Part shown: piece after piece, positions 34,085-42,448 of the stretch
How the letters are laid out: the number at the start of each line of letters is the position of its first letter
How positions within the stretch are numbered: the first letter of the stretch is position 1
NCBI GenBank assembly: GCA_032718475.1
Contig: JAUCBJ010005154.1
Span: 1-42,448, forward strand
Source: Nemertoderma westbladi
Lineage: Eukaryota; Animalia; Xenacoelomorpha
Direction of reading: 5' to 3'
Length of the DNA: 42,448 nt
Notes under the pieces: model-generated
What the model was told of the DNA's origin: nothing
Seen by the model: only the letters and a program-made list of their open reading frames with translations
The model's database searches: none
Position numbers and translations under genes: made by a program

Positions 34085-35784
34085 TCTCGCTAAGCAGACG
34101 TAAAAGAATGTCCCACCGTCAGAAATTGCCTGATTTGCCCCCAGCTGTTAGAAGGCAACTAAATAACACAAACTTAGGTAGTACAGAACCCACAGACCAA
34201 ATAATTAAAATAGAAAGACTCCCTACTATAGTAGATGAGCCTGAAATAATTAGGCCTGTTCTTGAAATCACCCCTTCGGTGATAGAGACACCTGTACTCC
34301 CAGAACCTACCTTTAAATTCCCTTTACACAGCACCAAATTATCTGTGCCTAGAGGAACAGCCCCTGAAACAGTGTCGGTCCTGGACTCCGAGCGAAATAT
34401 AAAGGATATATCGCCCGTAGTCCCTCGTCTGCCCGCTACGACGTTGGCGGATCCCGCTTCGGCGGTTGATTGGGTAGACGAGAGACGGCGGGAGATGGAC
34501 ATTCTCCTCGGAGAGATGAAGGAGAATCGAGTGCGCTCCTCCCAACAGGTCCGAGAGTTAGAAGGGACTGTTCAACAGTTAAAGGGAACCGTAAAGGAAA
34601 GTAGGTTAGAGTTGCAAGAAGTGCAGCAAAGTATCGCGCTAGAACGCGATAAATTAGTAAATTTACAAAAGGGTATATCACCACCCTCTGTAACAATATG
34701 TCAACCCGTTAGGTCTGAAGTATCTCATGCGCAAGGTGTGGAGCCTACACGCATCTATACTGCTAGCGAAGTAGAAACTCCTATAGTAAACCCTATTAAG
34801 GGTAATTATAGACCTGTTGATAGTGATATTCCCTATAGACCTGATCATAATCCGAGAAATTTATATACCGATAACTCGATATTAAATAACACGATGGCCC
34901 AAGAAAGTTTTACGCGTCAAATGGCTAGAACCGAAGCCCGCCAAGCGGTAAAGGTGGGAGAGATAGTCAAGTTCAATGGAGATGAGATGAAATGGTTACC
35001 TTTTAATGAATATTACAAAGATAACATACAGAACTCTGTGCTATCTAATGGAGAGAAACTTAGATTCCTCATCGAGTGCTTGGAAGGATCTCCCAAGTTA
35101 ATGGCGTTAAAGTTTATTGGACATCCAGACGGATTAAGACAAGTTTGGGATACACTAAACATCAGGTATGGTAATAGGAATAACATAGCTGGGTATTTGT
35201 ATGCAAAGTTGGTAGCGCCCCGAAAGTTTATTAGCAGCGGGATTATAGAGTTTTCCGATGAGATTCAGGAGATCTGCAGACAATTAGATTGGCTAGGTAA
35301 GTCTCATGAGTATCAGAGTGCTATGGTTATTAGAGCAGTGGCTTCTACTTTACCGAAGGGTGGAGTAGGTACACGCTGGGACAAGAAAGTGTTATATATG
35401 ATGGAACAACAACAACGAGACCCTACCATGGCTGATCTCATGTCATTCTTGGATGGCGAAGTGAAATTACAGCTCATAAAGCAGTCCAGAGAGAAGACAC
35501 CGGAAAACAAGGTAAGTGAGAAACCCGTCTCTAGGAGAAAGGTAACACCAGTGTGTTATACAGACGACGGCGAAAGCCAGACTTCTCAAGGAGAGGATAG
35601 CGGGAAAGACACTGAAAGATCTTATTATGTCAATAAAACGCCTAAAGAACAGGTAAGTAAATTCAAGTCTCGAACCAATGACAGGAGAGAACAGGTAAGA
35701 AAAACTCCTCCTACGTCTCCCAAGAGAATTCAGGTGAGAAAGCCCGAAGAAAGAACGAGTGTGCACAACTGTTACTCAAAGTAA
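34081..35784 (+). CDS. gag: BEL/Pao Gag (coiled coil plus DUF1759-like capsid region), 567 aa
   Basis: KFNGDEMKWLPFNEYYKDNIQNSVLSNGEKLRFLIECLEGSPK...VWDTLNIRYG and PTMADLMSFLD match BEL/Pao Gag motifs. Confidence 0.85.
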   Translation: MISLSRRKRMSHRQKLPDLPPAVRRQLNNTNLGSTEPTDQIIKIERLPTIVDEPEIIRPVLEITPSVIETPVLPEPTFKFPLHSTKLSVPRGTAPETVSVLDSERNIKDISPVVPRLPATTLADPASAVDWVDERRREMDILLGEMKENRVRSSQQVRELEGTVQQLKGTVKESRLELQEVQQSIALERDKLVNLQKGISPPSVTICQPVRSEVSHAQGVEPTRIYTASEVETPIVNPIKGNYRPVDSDIPYRPDHNPRNLYTDNSILNNTMAQESFTRQMARTEARQAVKVGEIVKFNGDEMKWLPFNEYYKDNIQNSVLSNGEKLRFLIECLEGSPKLMALKFIGHPDGLRQVWDTLNIRYGNRNNIAGYLYAKLVAPRKFISSGIIEFSDEIQEICRQLDWLGKSHEYQSAMVIRAVASTLPKGGVGTRWDKKVLYMMEQQQRDPTMADLMSFLDGEVKLQLIKQSREKTPENKVSEKPVSRRKVTPVCYTDDGESQTSQGEDSGKDTERSYYVNKTPKEQVSKFKSRTNDRREQVRKTPPTSPKRIQVRKPEERTSVHNCYSK

Positions 35785-37072
35785 GGTAAGTAACATCAAA
35801 CCAAAATGTGTGCTGTGCGACGGGCCCCACCGTTTGAATATGTGTGATAAATTCCTAAAGAAATCATTAAAGGATAGACGTGAAGTCATGTGGGATAAGC
35901 GGTTGTGTTATAATTGCCTCAGACGAGGACACCAACGGCGAACCTGTTACTCCGACGCAAGGTGTGCAAAGTGCGGCGCAAAACATCATATCTTGTTGCA
36001 CACGGAATTCGAACGAAACAGCCCGAGTCAGGTAAGTGAGTCCGAACTACATGTCCAATTCAGTGATGTGAACGACACTGACCAATATTCTGAGATGGAA
36101 GGATTCTATACGGACGAATTCTCCGACGAAAACGAATCCTGTTACCTGACAAATACCGCAGTGTATCGAGCACTTACGTATGAAAAGGACACCGACAGCG
36201 AGCTCCCCCTAACTACTTCTGACAGACAACCATCTTGGAAAGCACCAACTTCCAATGTAGGAATCCGAGAATTTCCTGTAGTACAGTTAAGGGTCCACGG
36301 ACCTACAAGGAGTTATATAGTGAACGCCCTCCTTGACTCCGGTAGCACAGGAACATTCATCGACAAAGAACTAGCCGAAGACATCTTTGCTGGACAACCC
36401 AAGTTCCGAACTAAGCTAAACATGTCAGGAATTATGCAGGTTTGGAAATCTACCGTAATAGCGGATTATTATGTAGGCGCGTTGTCCACCCCCCAGGATG
36501 AACTAGGAGAACACAGCATAAGGTCAGTAAAAATGGTAGCGATAAAGAACTTCGCGACCAGCCAAGTGGAACCTTATAACTGGGATGAGGACGATTTCAC
36601 CCAGCAGCTTGAAATACCTAGATTCAACACCGATTACCCTGGAGTCCAAATACTCATCGGTCAAAATGCGCATGAAGCGCTCGAGACATTGGAGAAACGG
36701 CCTGCTCAACCGCAACCACTACAAGTCTATGCGGGAAGAACTAGAGTAGGTTGGTACTTTACTGGCCCTTCTCGTAGAACTCTTATGGAAAGATTACCAA
36801 AAGAACAGGTATATCAATTAAGTGAACGGGAAGTGGAGAGCAGTGAAGTTGACGACCCAACTGAGGGAACACCATACTCCTCAGATAATGACGACATCAA
36901 CTCCAATGTAGATCAATGGAGACATTGCCCCGAGACGATCAATCTAGCCGACATCGCCTCCAGAGGAGCAACTCCTCAAGAACTGACAGATACTCCAGAC
37001 TGGTTAGGTGGACCCGACTTCCTAAGTAAAGAAGATGAATGGCCTCCCCATCTTACCCCGGCTGAAGATTAG
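35759..37072 (+). CDS. Gag zinc knuckles plus aspartic protease, fused in frame to a Pao RNase H C-terminal remnant; +1 frame relative to gag
   Basis: CVLCDGPHRLNMC, CYNCLRRGHQRRTC and CAKCGAKHHILLH; VNALLDSGSTGTFI and VQILIG; QWRHCPETINLADIASRG...WLGGPDFL...WP. No ATG at the 5' end (the track start is GTG). Confidence 0.85.
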   Translation: MCTTVTQSKVSNIKPKCVLCDGPHRLNMCDKFLKKSLKDRREVMWDKRLCYNCLRRGHQRRTCYSDARCAKCGAKHHILLHTEFERNSPSQVSESELHVQFSDVNDTDQYSEMEGFYTDEFSDENESCYLTNTAVYRALTYEKDTDSELPLTTSDRQPSWKAPTSNVGIREFPVVQLRVHGPTRSYIVNALLDSGSTGTFIDKELAEDIFAGQPKFRTKLNMSGIMQVWKSTVIADYYVGALSTPQDELGEHSIRSVKMVAIKNFATSQVEPYNWDEDDFTQQLEIPRFNTDYPGVQILIGQNAHEALETLEKRPAQPQPLQVYAGRTRVGWYFTGPSRRTLMERLPKEQVYQLSEREVESSEVDDPTEGTPYSSDNDDINSNVDQWRHCPETINLADIASRGATPQELTDTPDWLGGPDFLSKEDEWPPHLTPAED

Positions 37073-37145
37073 ACAGGCCAAGGGAGCGGAGAAAGTAACA
37101 CAACCACTCAATCGCCCAGCTGGTCGTTTATGTTTACTGGAAAGA
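37065..37145 (+). pseudogene. Remnant of the BEL/Pao integrase extreme C-terminus (DUF5641-like end)
   Basis: LNRPAGRLCLLE at ~37107-37142 resembles the RPxxKLxxLE motif that ends BEL/Pao Pol. Confidence 0.6.
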
Positions 37146-37761
37146 GACCGAAAACTGTCCGGAAACTATGGAAGGCAAGATACTCTTCCCACGACCACCT
37201 CCCTAATCCAACAAATATCTAGGGACTCCATAACGTAACAACATACGGAGTGGGTGTGTGACTATATTATTTTATATTTATTTTTATTATTTTATATTAT
37301 GTATGTATTATTATGTAATTTTATTATAATCGTTTTCTTTAATTTTATTTAGTAGAATGTTATTTTAGCGATTATTTAGTAGATTAGTGCAATATATATT
37401 AGTGTTTATTACTTAATTACTTATATATATATATTTAGTGCGACGGCGAGAAATAATTCTTTTTCTCTTTCCTTACTGTCCGTATCATATTATAAATACG
37501 TGACTACAGTAAGATGAAATATCCGTACTTATTAAAGTACAATAAAGCCACTACTATATTCAAGTATTATTGGTAGGCAGAGTATTAGGAATGCAAAGTT
37601 CAGATCCTCGTGTCTCGGCTAAACCAAGCTCTGGGTAGACCTTGGAAACGACTTGCCTCTTCTCACTGACATTGCTTCGTGCGATATTGCTCTCATACCG
37701 TATATTAAATAATACATATAGTAGCGTGATGTCCCTTTAACAGTAGCGTAAAACGCAAAAT

Positions 37762-38073
37762 AAATCTGTTAAACCCTTTGACCATCTGTAATTCTAGTCG
37801 ATTAAGATATCGCGGCACCCACCGATATACTTGAAAGACAAAATTCTAGAATCAGTGGTTAACGTCCCCAGACAAGTTCTGGAATAAACTGGTGCCCATC
37901 CTAAATATTAATTATTAATATTTATAAAATCTGTCAAATTTCAGATCCTTTAAAATTCTAGTCGATTAAGATATCGTAGCACTTACCGATACTCTTAAAA
38001 AGATCAAATTCCTAGAATCAAGGATCCCAGTCCCCAGACATGTTCTGGAATAAAATTGTGTCTATTTAATATT
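37762..38073. repeat. Two diverged ~164-bp tandem copies, each with hairpin potential
   Basis: ATTCTAGTCGATTAAGATATCG at 37791 and 37955; CCCCAGACA.GTTCTGGAATAAA in both copies. Confidence 0.85.
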
Positions 38074-38694
38074 AAATAATAAAATTACGGGAATAAATTT
38101 AAATTCATCTTTTAATGAATTTGATAAATTGTTATTTTATACAATTTATAATATTCCCAAAATTCCATTAATTAATAGATCATGGGAGCGGAGATTCACC
38201 TATTAAGTGTATTAGTGTGCGAGAATCTCCAATATAGAGTCAATAGCCGATAAAATTCATAAAATCATGTATAGAGAGGATATTGACAATTAAAGAATTA
38301 CTATTAAATAGCATCCCAGATCTGTATGCATGAGAATTACCCTAATTCTACCGCTAGCTTTCCATAATGTCACCATGGCAACAACCACGCTAGAATTAGA
38401 AGTGAGTTAAAAGAACAATAAAAAGCTTGCTCATTGAATAGCATACGGAATAAATAGCACACCGCTAGTATCCAAGGATACATAATAACAACGTGACATT
38501 CTGGAAGGCACTTGACTAACGGACAAATGACCCGAATGTGTGATAGAATGTGTACCATTTGTGACAGTTACGTGGAATTTGTGCGTTTGTAGGTGAATGT
38601 TACTACTAAGGTGTGTTTACAGTAGCGAGTCGCAATTGTGAAAGTAGCCCTAACTCTCCAGTAAGAACCTGAAGTATATCTAAGCCTTTGGGAC

Positions 38695-38800
38695 GGACAG
38701 TGGAGTGACTTGTGCCGGTTATCGTTGTCGTTGTGTAGCTACATCGTTGGCGAAAGCACAGCGACGACGGTACATCGGCGCTGAGGATCTCGCACTGTCC
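38695..38800 (+). other. Long G-U-rich RNA hairpin upstream of the accessory ORF
   Basis: Nested pairings GGACAGTG/CACTGTCC, GAG/CTC, GTGCCGG/TCGGCGC, ATCGTTGTCGTTGTGT/GCACAGCGACGACGGT and GCTA/TGGC. Confidence 0.7.
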
Positions 38801-39019
38801 GGGGGCAGAGAGGGGTAGGCAGCGACGCCCGCTCGCCTAAATATAAACTCATTATAATATGGATAAACTTATATAGCAGATATGATTGAGTTGATAGAAG
38901 ATGATCTTGGTATCAGGGAGCGATATACTCTACCTTTACAAGCGTTTGTTGATAGCTTGATACGCGGCGACGCTGGTCCAACTACTACGGAGGACGATGG
39001 TCGTTATATCTAACCGCCA

Positions 39020-40012
39020 ATGTCCCGGGAGCAACTTGCGCGTGGGTTGGACTGTAGAAAATTCATCGCTCGCTATACACATCGTAATGGTACGTATATG
39101 GACTTCTTAACTACTGGTCATCCTATTGACCTACACGATACGAACGATATAGACACCAAAAGGGAAATGGTTTTATTTAAATATCATACCCAGCGGAAGC
39201 GGAACGATAAACTGAGACTCGAACACGAAAATTCTATTCGAAACCAACTCGAAAGTGCAGATGTTGAAGAGCCGGATAAACGCAGCGACTTCACCAGGTG
39301 CCTGGAATTCTTGAGAGAGGCCTATCTCGATATTGCCGGTCAACAGAATCTAGAGACTCGATATCCTCAAGGTATACATCATGACCGCATAGTAGAACTC
39401 AAACGGCTCTATTCCACTATGATGTATCTTACCGCCGATCGACCGCTAACTGTTGTACCGGATAGCTTCGAACAGATGGAGGAATATTGTAAAACTGGAG
39501 AACGATCACCCGCGTTTCCCCTACAAGACGTGCGTCTTTGGTATTATTGCAATGAATGCCCAAGACCCAACCAACAAACGAAAAGACATAAACATCCGCG
39601 GAGACGTTGCTTTAAACACGGTTTTACTCGCCATATTTACGGGAGTTTCGAGCGAAACTTGTTCGATGTATCACCTACGCTCGTTCGACTCAGACGATCC
39701 TTAAATAAACCAATGATCAGAGTTTCGGAATACTCGATCAGATCTCCTCATTCCCTAGTGAGACCTCAGACTCTTGATCCTATTAGTATGACGGATCCTC
39801 CCGAGCTGTACTCACTACTCAAAGATCTAGTGTTACCTGAACAATTAGTCGGTGGCACCCCGGTTGTGGGCTTCCTAGATATTAGCCCATACTACCTAGC
39901 CGGATTGGGACGCGGACATTTAATATCGCCGTTTAACCCTTACCATCGTCCCGGCTTAACACGATATAACCTGTCACCAAAGTGGCGGAGAGCGTTGTAC
40001 CAAATGAGTTAG
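39020..40012 (+). CDS. Accessory ORF in the env position, 330 aa, unknown soluble protein with a possible CxxC...CxxH metal site
   Basis: Long ORF with CCGCCAATG context; no signal peptide or TM segment visible. An in-frame 43-codon ORF (38882-39013) precedes it, separated by one TAA. Confidence 0.65.
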   Translation: MSREQLARGLDCRKFIARYTHRNGTYMDFLTTGHPIDLHDTNDIDTKREMVLFKYHTQRKRNDKLRLEHENSIRNQLESADVEEPDKRSDFTRCLEFLREAYLDIAGQQNLETRYPQGIHHDRIVELKRLYSTMMYLTADRPLTVVPDSFEQMEEYCKTGERSPAFPLQDVRLWYYCNECPRPNQQTKRHKHPRRRCFKHGFTRHIYGSFERNLFDVSPTLVRLRRSLNKPMIRVSEYSIRSPHSLVRPQTLDPISMTDPPELYSLLKDLVLPEQLVGGTPVVGFLDISPYYLAGLGRGHLISPFNPYHRPGLTRYNLSPKWRRALYQMS

Positions 40013-40474
40013 ACGCCATTCTACAAAGATCAGAAAAGGAACTTACGCTTGTTCAGATAAACGTAAATTGCACTAGCAAGTCCAAGCGGTAAACAAAGTA
40101 ACTATATCTCAGTTCGATCGGGAAATCCAGAATCTCTAAGAAGTTATCGAACTTGGACGATCCTATTCTCTGCGAGAGTTTTTGGATGAACGTATCCAGC
40201 TACGAGCGGAGGAAAATCAGCTCGAGGAGAAGCATATCGAAACGGCGGATACCTCGACCATAATCCTACACCTTCTGATGCAATCATATTGCACCCTTCA
40301 CCCAGGAGTTATGGCCCTCCTAGTAAAGTGGCTCCCCCCAAAGAGAAAAGGACTCTTGCTAGCCTCAAAAAACTGCGTAAACGCCGTCTGCGTAAGAAAG
40401 GCTAACTGTTTAGAGTATTTTTATATTTTAGAAACTGTGATTTGTTATATTTTATAGACTTAAATCCCATTTTC

Positions 40475-40483
40475 TGGGAGCGG
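40475..40483 (+). other. Short purine-rich tract (PPT position) before the 3' LTR
   Basis: TGGGAGCGG immediately precedes TGT at 40484. Confidence 0.5.
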
Positions 40484-41622
40484 TGTAAAGGCTTTTGCGG
40501 AATTGGCCGGTTATTTTCCCCGTAAAGTACTCTGTAGTTGGTTTAACAGGCATAAAAGGCCGTGTCCTTACTGTACTGGTGTTTTAGAGGACATAAAAGC
40601 CATTTCTTCTGTATGTGTACTTTAGCGGACATAATTAGCAATTCTATGACGCAATACGCCGGATCCTCTTGAAACAGTGTAGCTACCATGACGACGGCTA
40701 ACAGCTGATATTGCCACGTAGAACATCTCTTTGTTCTTTGTTCTCTCTTTGTTCGGTCGACCAATCAGAGCGTTTTTTGCCTCTGTGTTGGAGATTGTAT
40801 ATAGAAACTAGGGAAGTGAGTCAGTATGTGATTTTGTCCACAGCCTACAACACCGGCGTGGAACCTCCGTGTTTCAGTCTTTAGCATCAACATTAGTAGG
40901 CTTAATTATAGAACATATATCCGTTATCTCAGTCACTCATAATCATTCATACCTTAACATTACTGCTTTTGCTGTCGGTTATTCATTATATTTGTTGATA
41001 GAATATTATATCTGTTATACTGATAACAATCAGACACCCCAATCTTCTTGATATACTAAAGGTTAGAGAGACCGGTTACATATAACGATTGCGACTTATA
41101 TTAAGTGGTTTGAAGTGAATCTAATGCTATTTTATAGGCCCTACACGTATTGTCTGTTATTCTCTTTGTATGTGACTAAAATTAGTGAAGGTCGGCAGAT
41201 TGGTGTGCAGCATTGTGCAGCATTGTGTATGATTGTGATTGATAACGAAGCATCTCCTAAAGAATGCGCCATATACGTGAATCTATAGCCATCCCGTTGT
41301 GTCTGGTTTAAGTCATAACTCTGTTTATATATTTAGAGCGCCACGTCCTAAAGGAACTGTTAATATTTCCCGAAAGTGAATAATATTTGTCAGAGATTAT
41401 ATATATTAAGATCAGTCGAATAATACAGTAGGCCTATCCCGCAATACGATTAGGCTTCCGAATCCAGTCTCCCGGGTATATCCAGCGGGTGAATGATCGC
41501 GCATAGACTGGTTTCGGCTAATGTAGTGTATCAAATATTTGTCGTAGGCTAAAGACTATCTATTATCTAGAAGACATCCTAATTTGGCAGGTTAAACTGC
41601 TAAAGGTCTGAAAGCGCGAACA
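40484..41622 (+). repeat. 3' LTR (1139 bp)
   Basis: Direct repeat of 29201-30340, followed by the TSD TAAAT. Confidence 0.95.
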
Positions 41623-42191
41623 TAAATTATTTTTATTATTATTAACAGATATAAAGGTTATTTTATATACATAAGTAAAGCTGAGAAATCTGCGCATCTA
41701 ATAGTACATAAATTATTAAAATCCGTTCAAAAAACTCAAATGGTAGCGGTTTAGATATGATGATTCCTAAAATAAATAACTACTAGCAAAAATCAGAAAG
41801 TAGGCCTCAACTGGTATTTCCGAATAAACAGTTTCCAGTCCTGGTATAAATTAATATTCTACTGTAGAAGTCCATGGAAAGTTAGAAAAGGTAAAATAAT
41901 CTTGAAAAAAAGCTCAAAAAATAGCTTGAAAAAAAGCTCAAAAAATAGCTCAGAATACCTCACATAAAAAAGTAGCGCAGAAACGTTGAGTTTTTTTTTA
42001 CGAGCTGGTATTTTTTTAAATAAAAAAAATTTATATTGTTTTGAGTGTTTTTTTGATATTGATGAATGTTCTAGAACCTTTAAAAAAATATTATATTCTG
42101 GAATTTTAGTAATATAAAATATTACTGAATAAATGAAAAATGTAGTTGTTTTTTTCTTAATACTAATCTCTTAATCTTAATACTAAACTTT

Positions 42192-42448
42192 TGGGGCTGG
42201 GGGGCTACTGTCCGGGGGGCTACTATTTTTTTTTGGGGGGGGGGGGGGGGGCTACTATTTTTTTTTTTTGGGGGGGGGGGGGCTACTGTTCGGGGGGCTA
42301 CTGTCCGGGGGGCTACTGTTCGGGGGGCTACTGTCTGGGGGGCTACTGTCCGGGGGGCTTCTGTCCGCGGGACTACTGTCCGGGGGCTACTTCCGGGTGG
42401 CTACTGTCCGGGGGGCTATTGTCCGGGGGGCTACTGTCCGGGGGCTAC
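42192..42448. repeat. G-rich ~15-bp tandem repeat (GGGGGGCTACTGTCC) with homopolymer expansions; runs off the window end
   Basis: Repeated GGGGGGCTACTGTCC units with G runs of 5 or more, giving G-quadruplex potential. Confidence 0.9.

Larger units (their letters stand above)
29201..41622 (+). mobile_element. Full-length-bounded, non-autonomous BEL/Pao LTR retrotransposon (12,422 bp)
   Basis: Two TGT...ACA LTRs; 5-bp TSD TAAAT (29196-29200 and 41623-41627); DUF1759-type Gag, triple zinc knuckle, aspartic protease, and short Pao RNase H and integrase C-terminal remnants. No RT catalytic motif or integrase core seen. Confidence 0.93.

Noticed and set aside
38745-38800. Hammerhead ribozyme suggested by the CTGAGGA and GAAA motifs
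   Set aside because: Stems I-III and the UH cleavage site cannot be assembled in any permutation; both motifs sit within a simple long hairpin.
39020-40012. Envelope glycoprotein call for the ORF in the env position
   Set aside because: No signal peptide, TM anchor or cysteine-rich ectodomain pattern is visible.

Overview
AT-rich, repeat-dense eukaryotic genomic DNA, most likely an invertebrate animal (spliceosomal introns, SAS-6, BEL/Pao and RTE elements). Host genes: the last coding exon of a carnitine O-acetyltransferase ending in a peroxisomal SRL signal (1743-2459, +), a complete two-exon SAS-6 centriole gene (23729-22515 and 18319-17738, -), and a possible small type II membrane protein gene (13794-15911, +). 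About 13.5 kb is minisatellite (29, 47, 33, 30, 41, 36 and ~15 bp units), and most long ORFs in the track are artefacts of these arrays. Introns and intergenic DNA contain Tc1/mariner-type and PIF/Harbinger-type MITEs, a Helentron-associated (HINE/DINE-1-like) element and a decayed RTE-like LINE. The main feature is a young 12.4-kb non-autonomous BEL/Pao LTR retrotransposon (29201-41622; ~99% identical LTRs by eye; TAAAT target-site duplication). It keeps Gag, the zinc knuckles and protease but has lost RT, most of RNase H and most of integrase, and it carries two unrecognised ORFs. It has no tRNA-type primer-binding site. Instead, the 12-13 nt abutting the 5' LTR are the exact reverse complement of a segment inside its own LTR, which suggests Tf1-like self-priming in a BEL/Pao lineage. 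It also has a dense cluster of consensus splice donors and G-U-rich RNA hairpins. A second notable item is a minisatellite built from the SAS-6 exon/intron junction itself. All alignments and counts were made by eye and no database searches were run.
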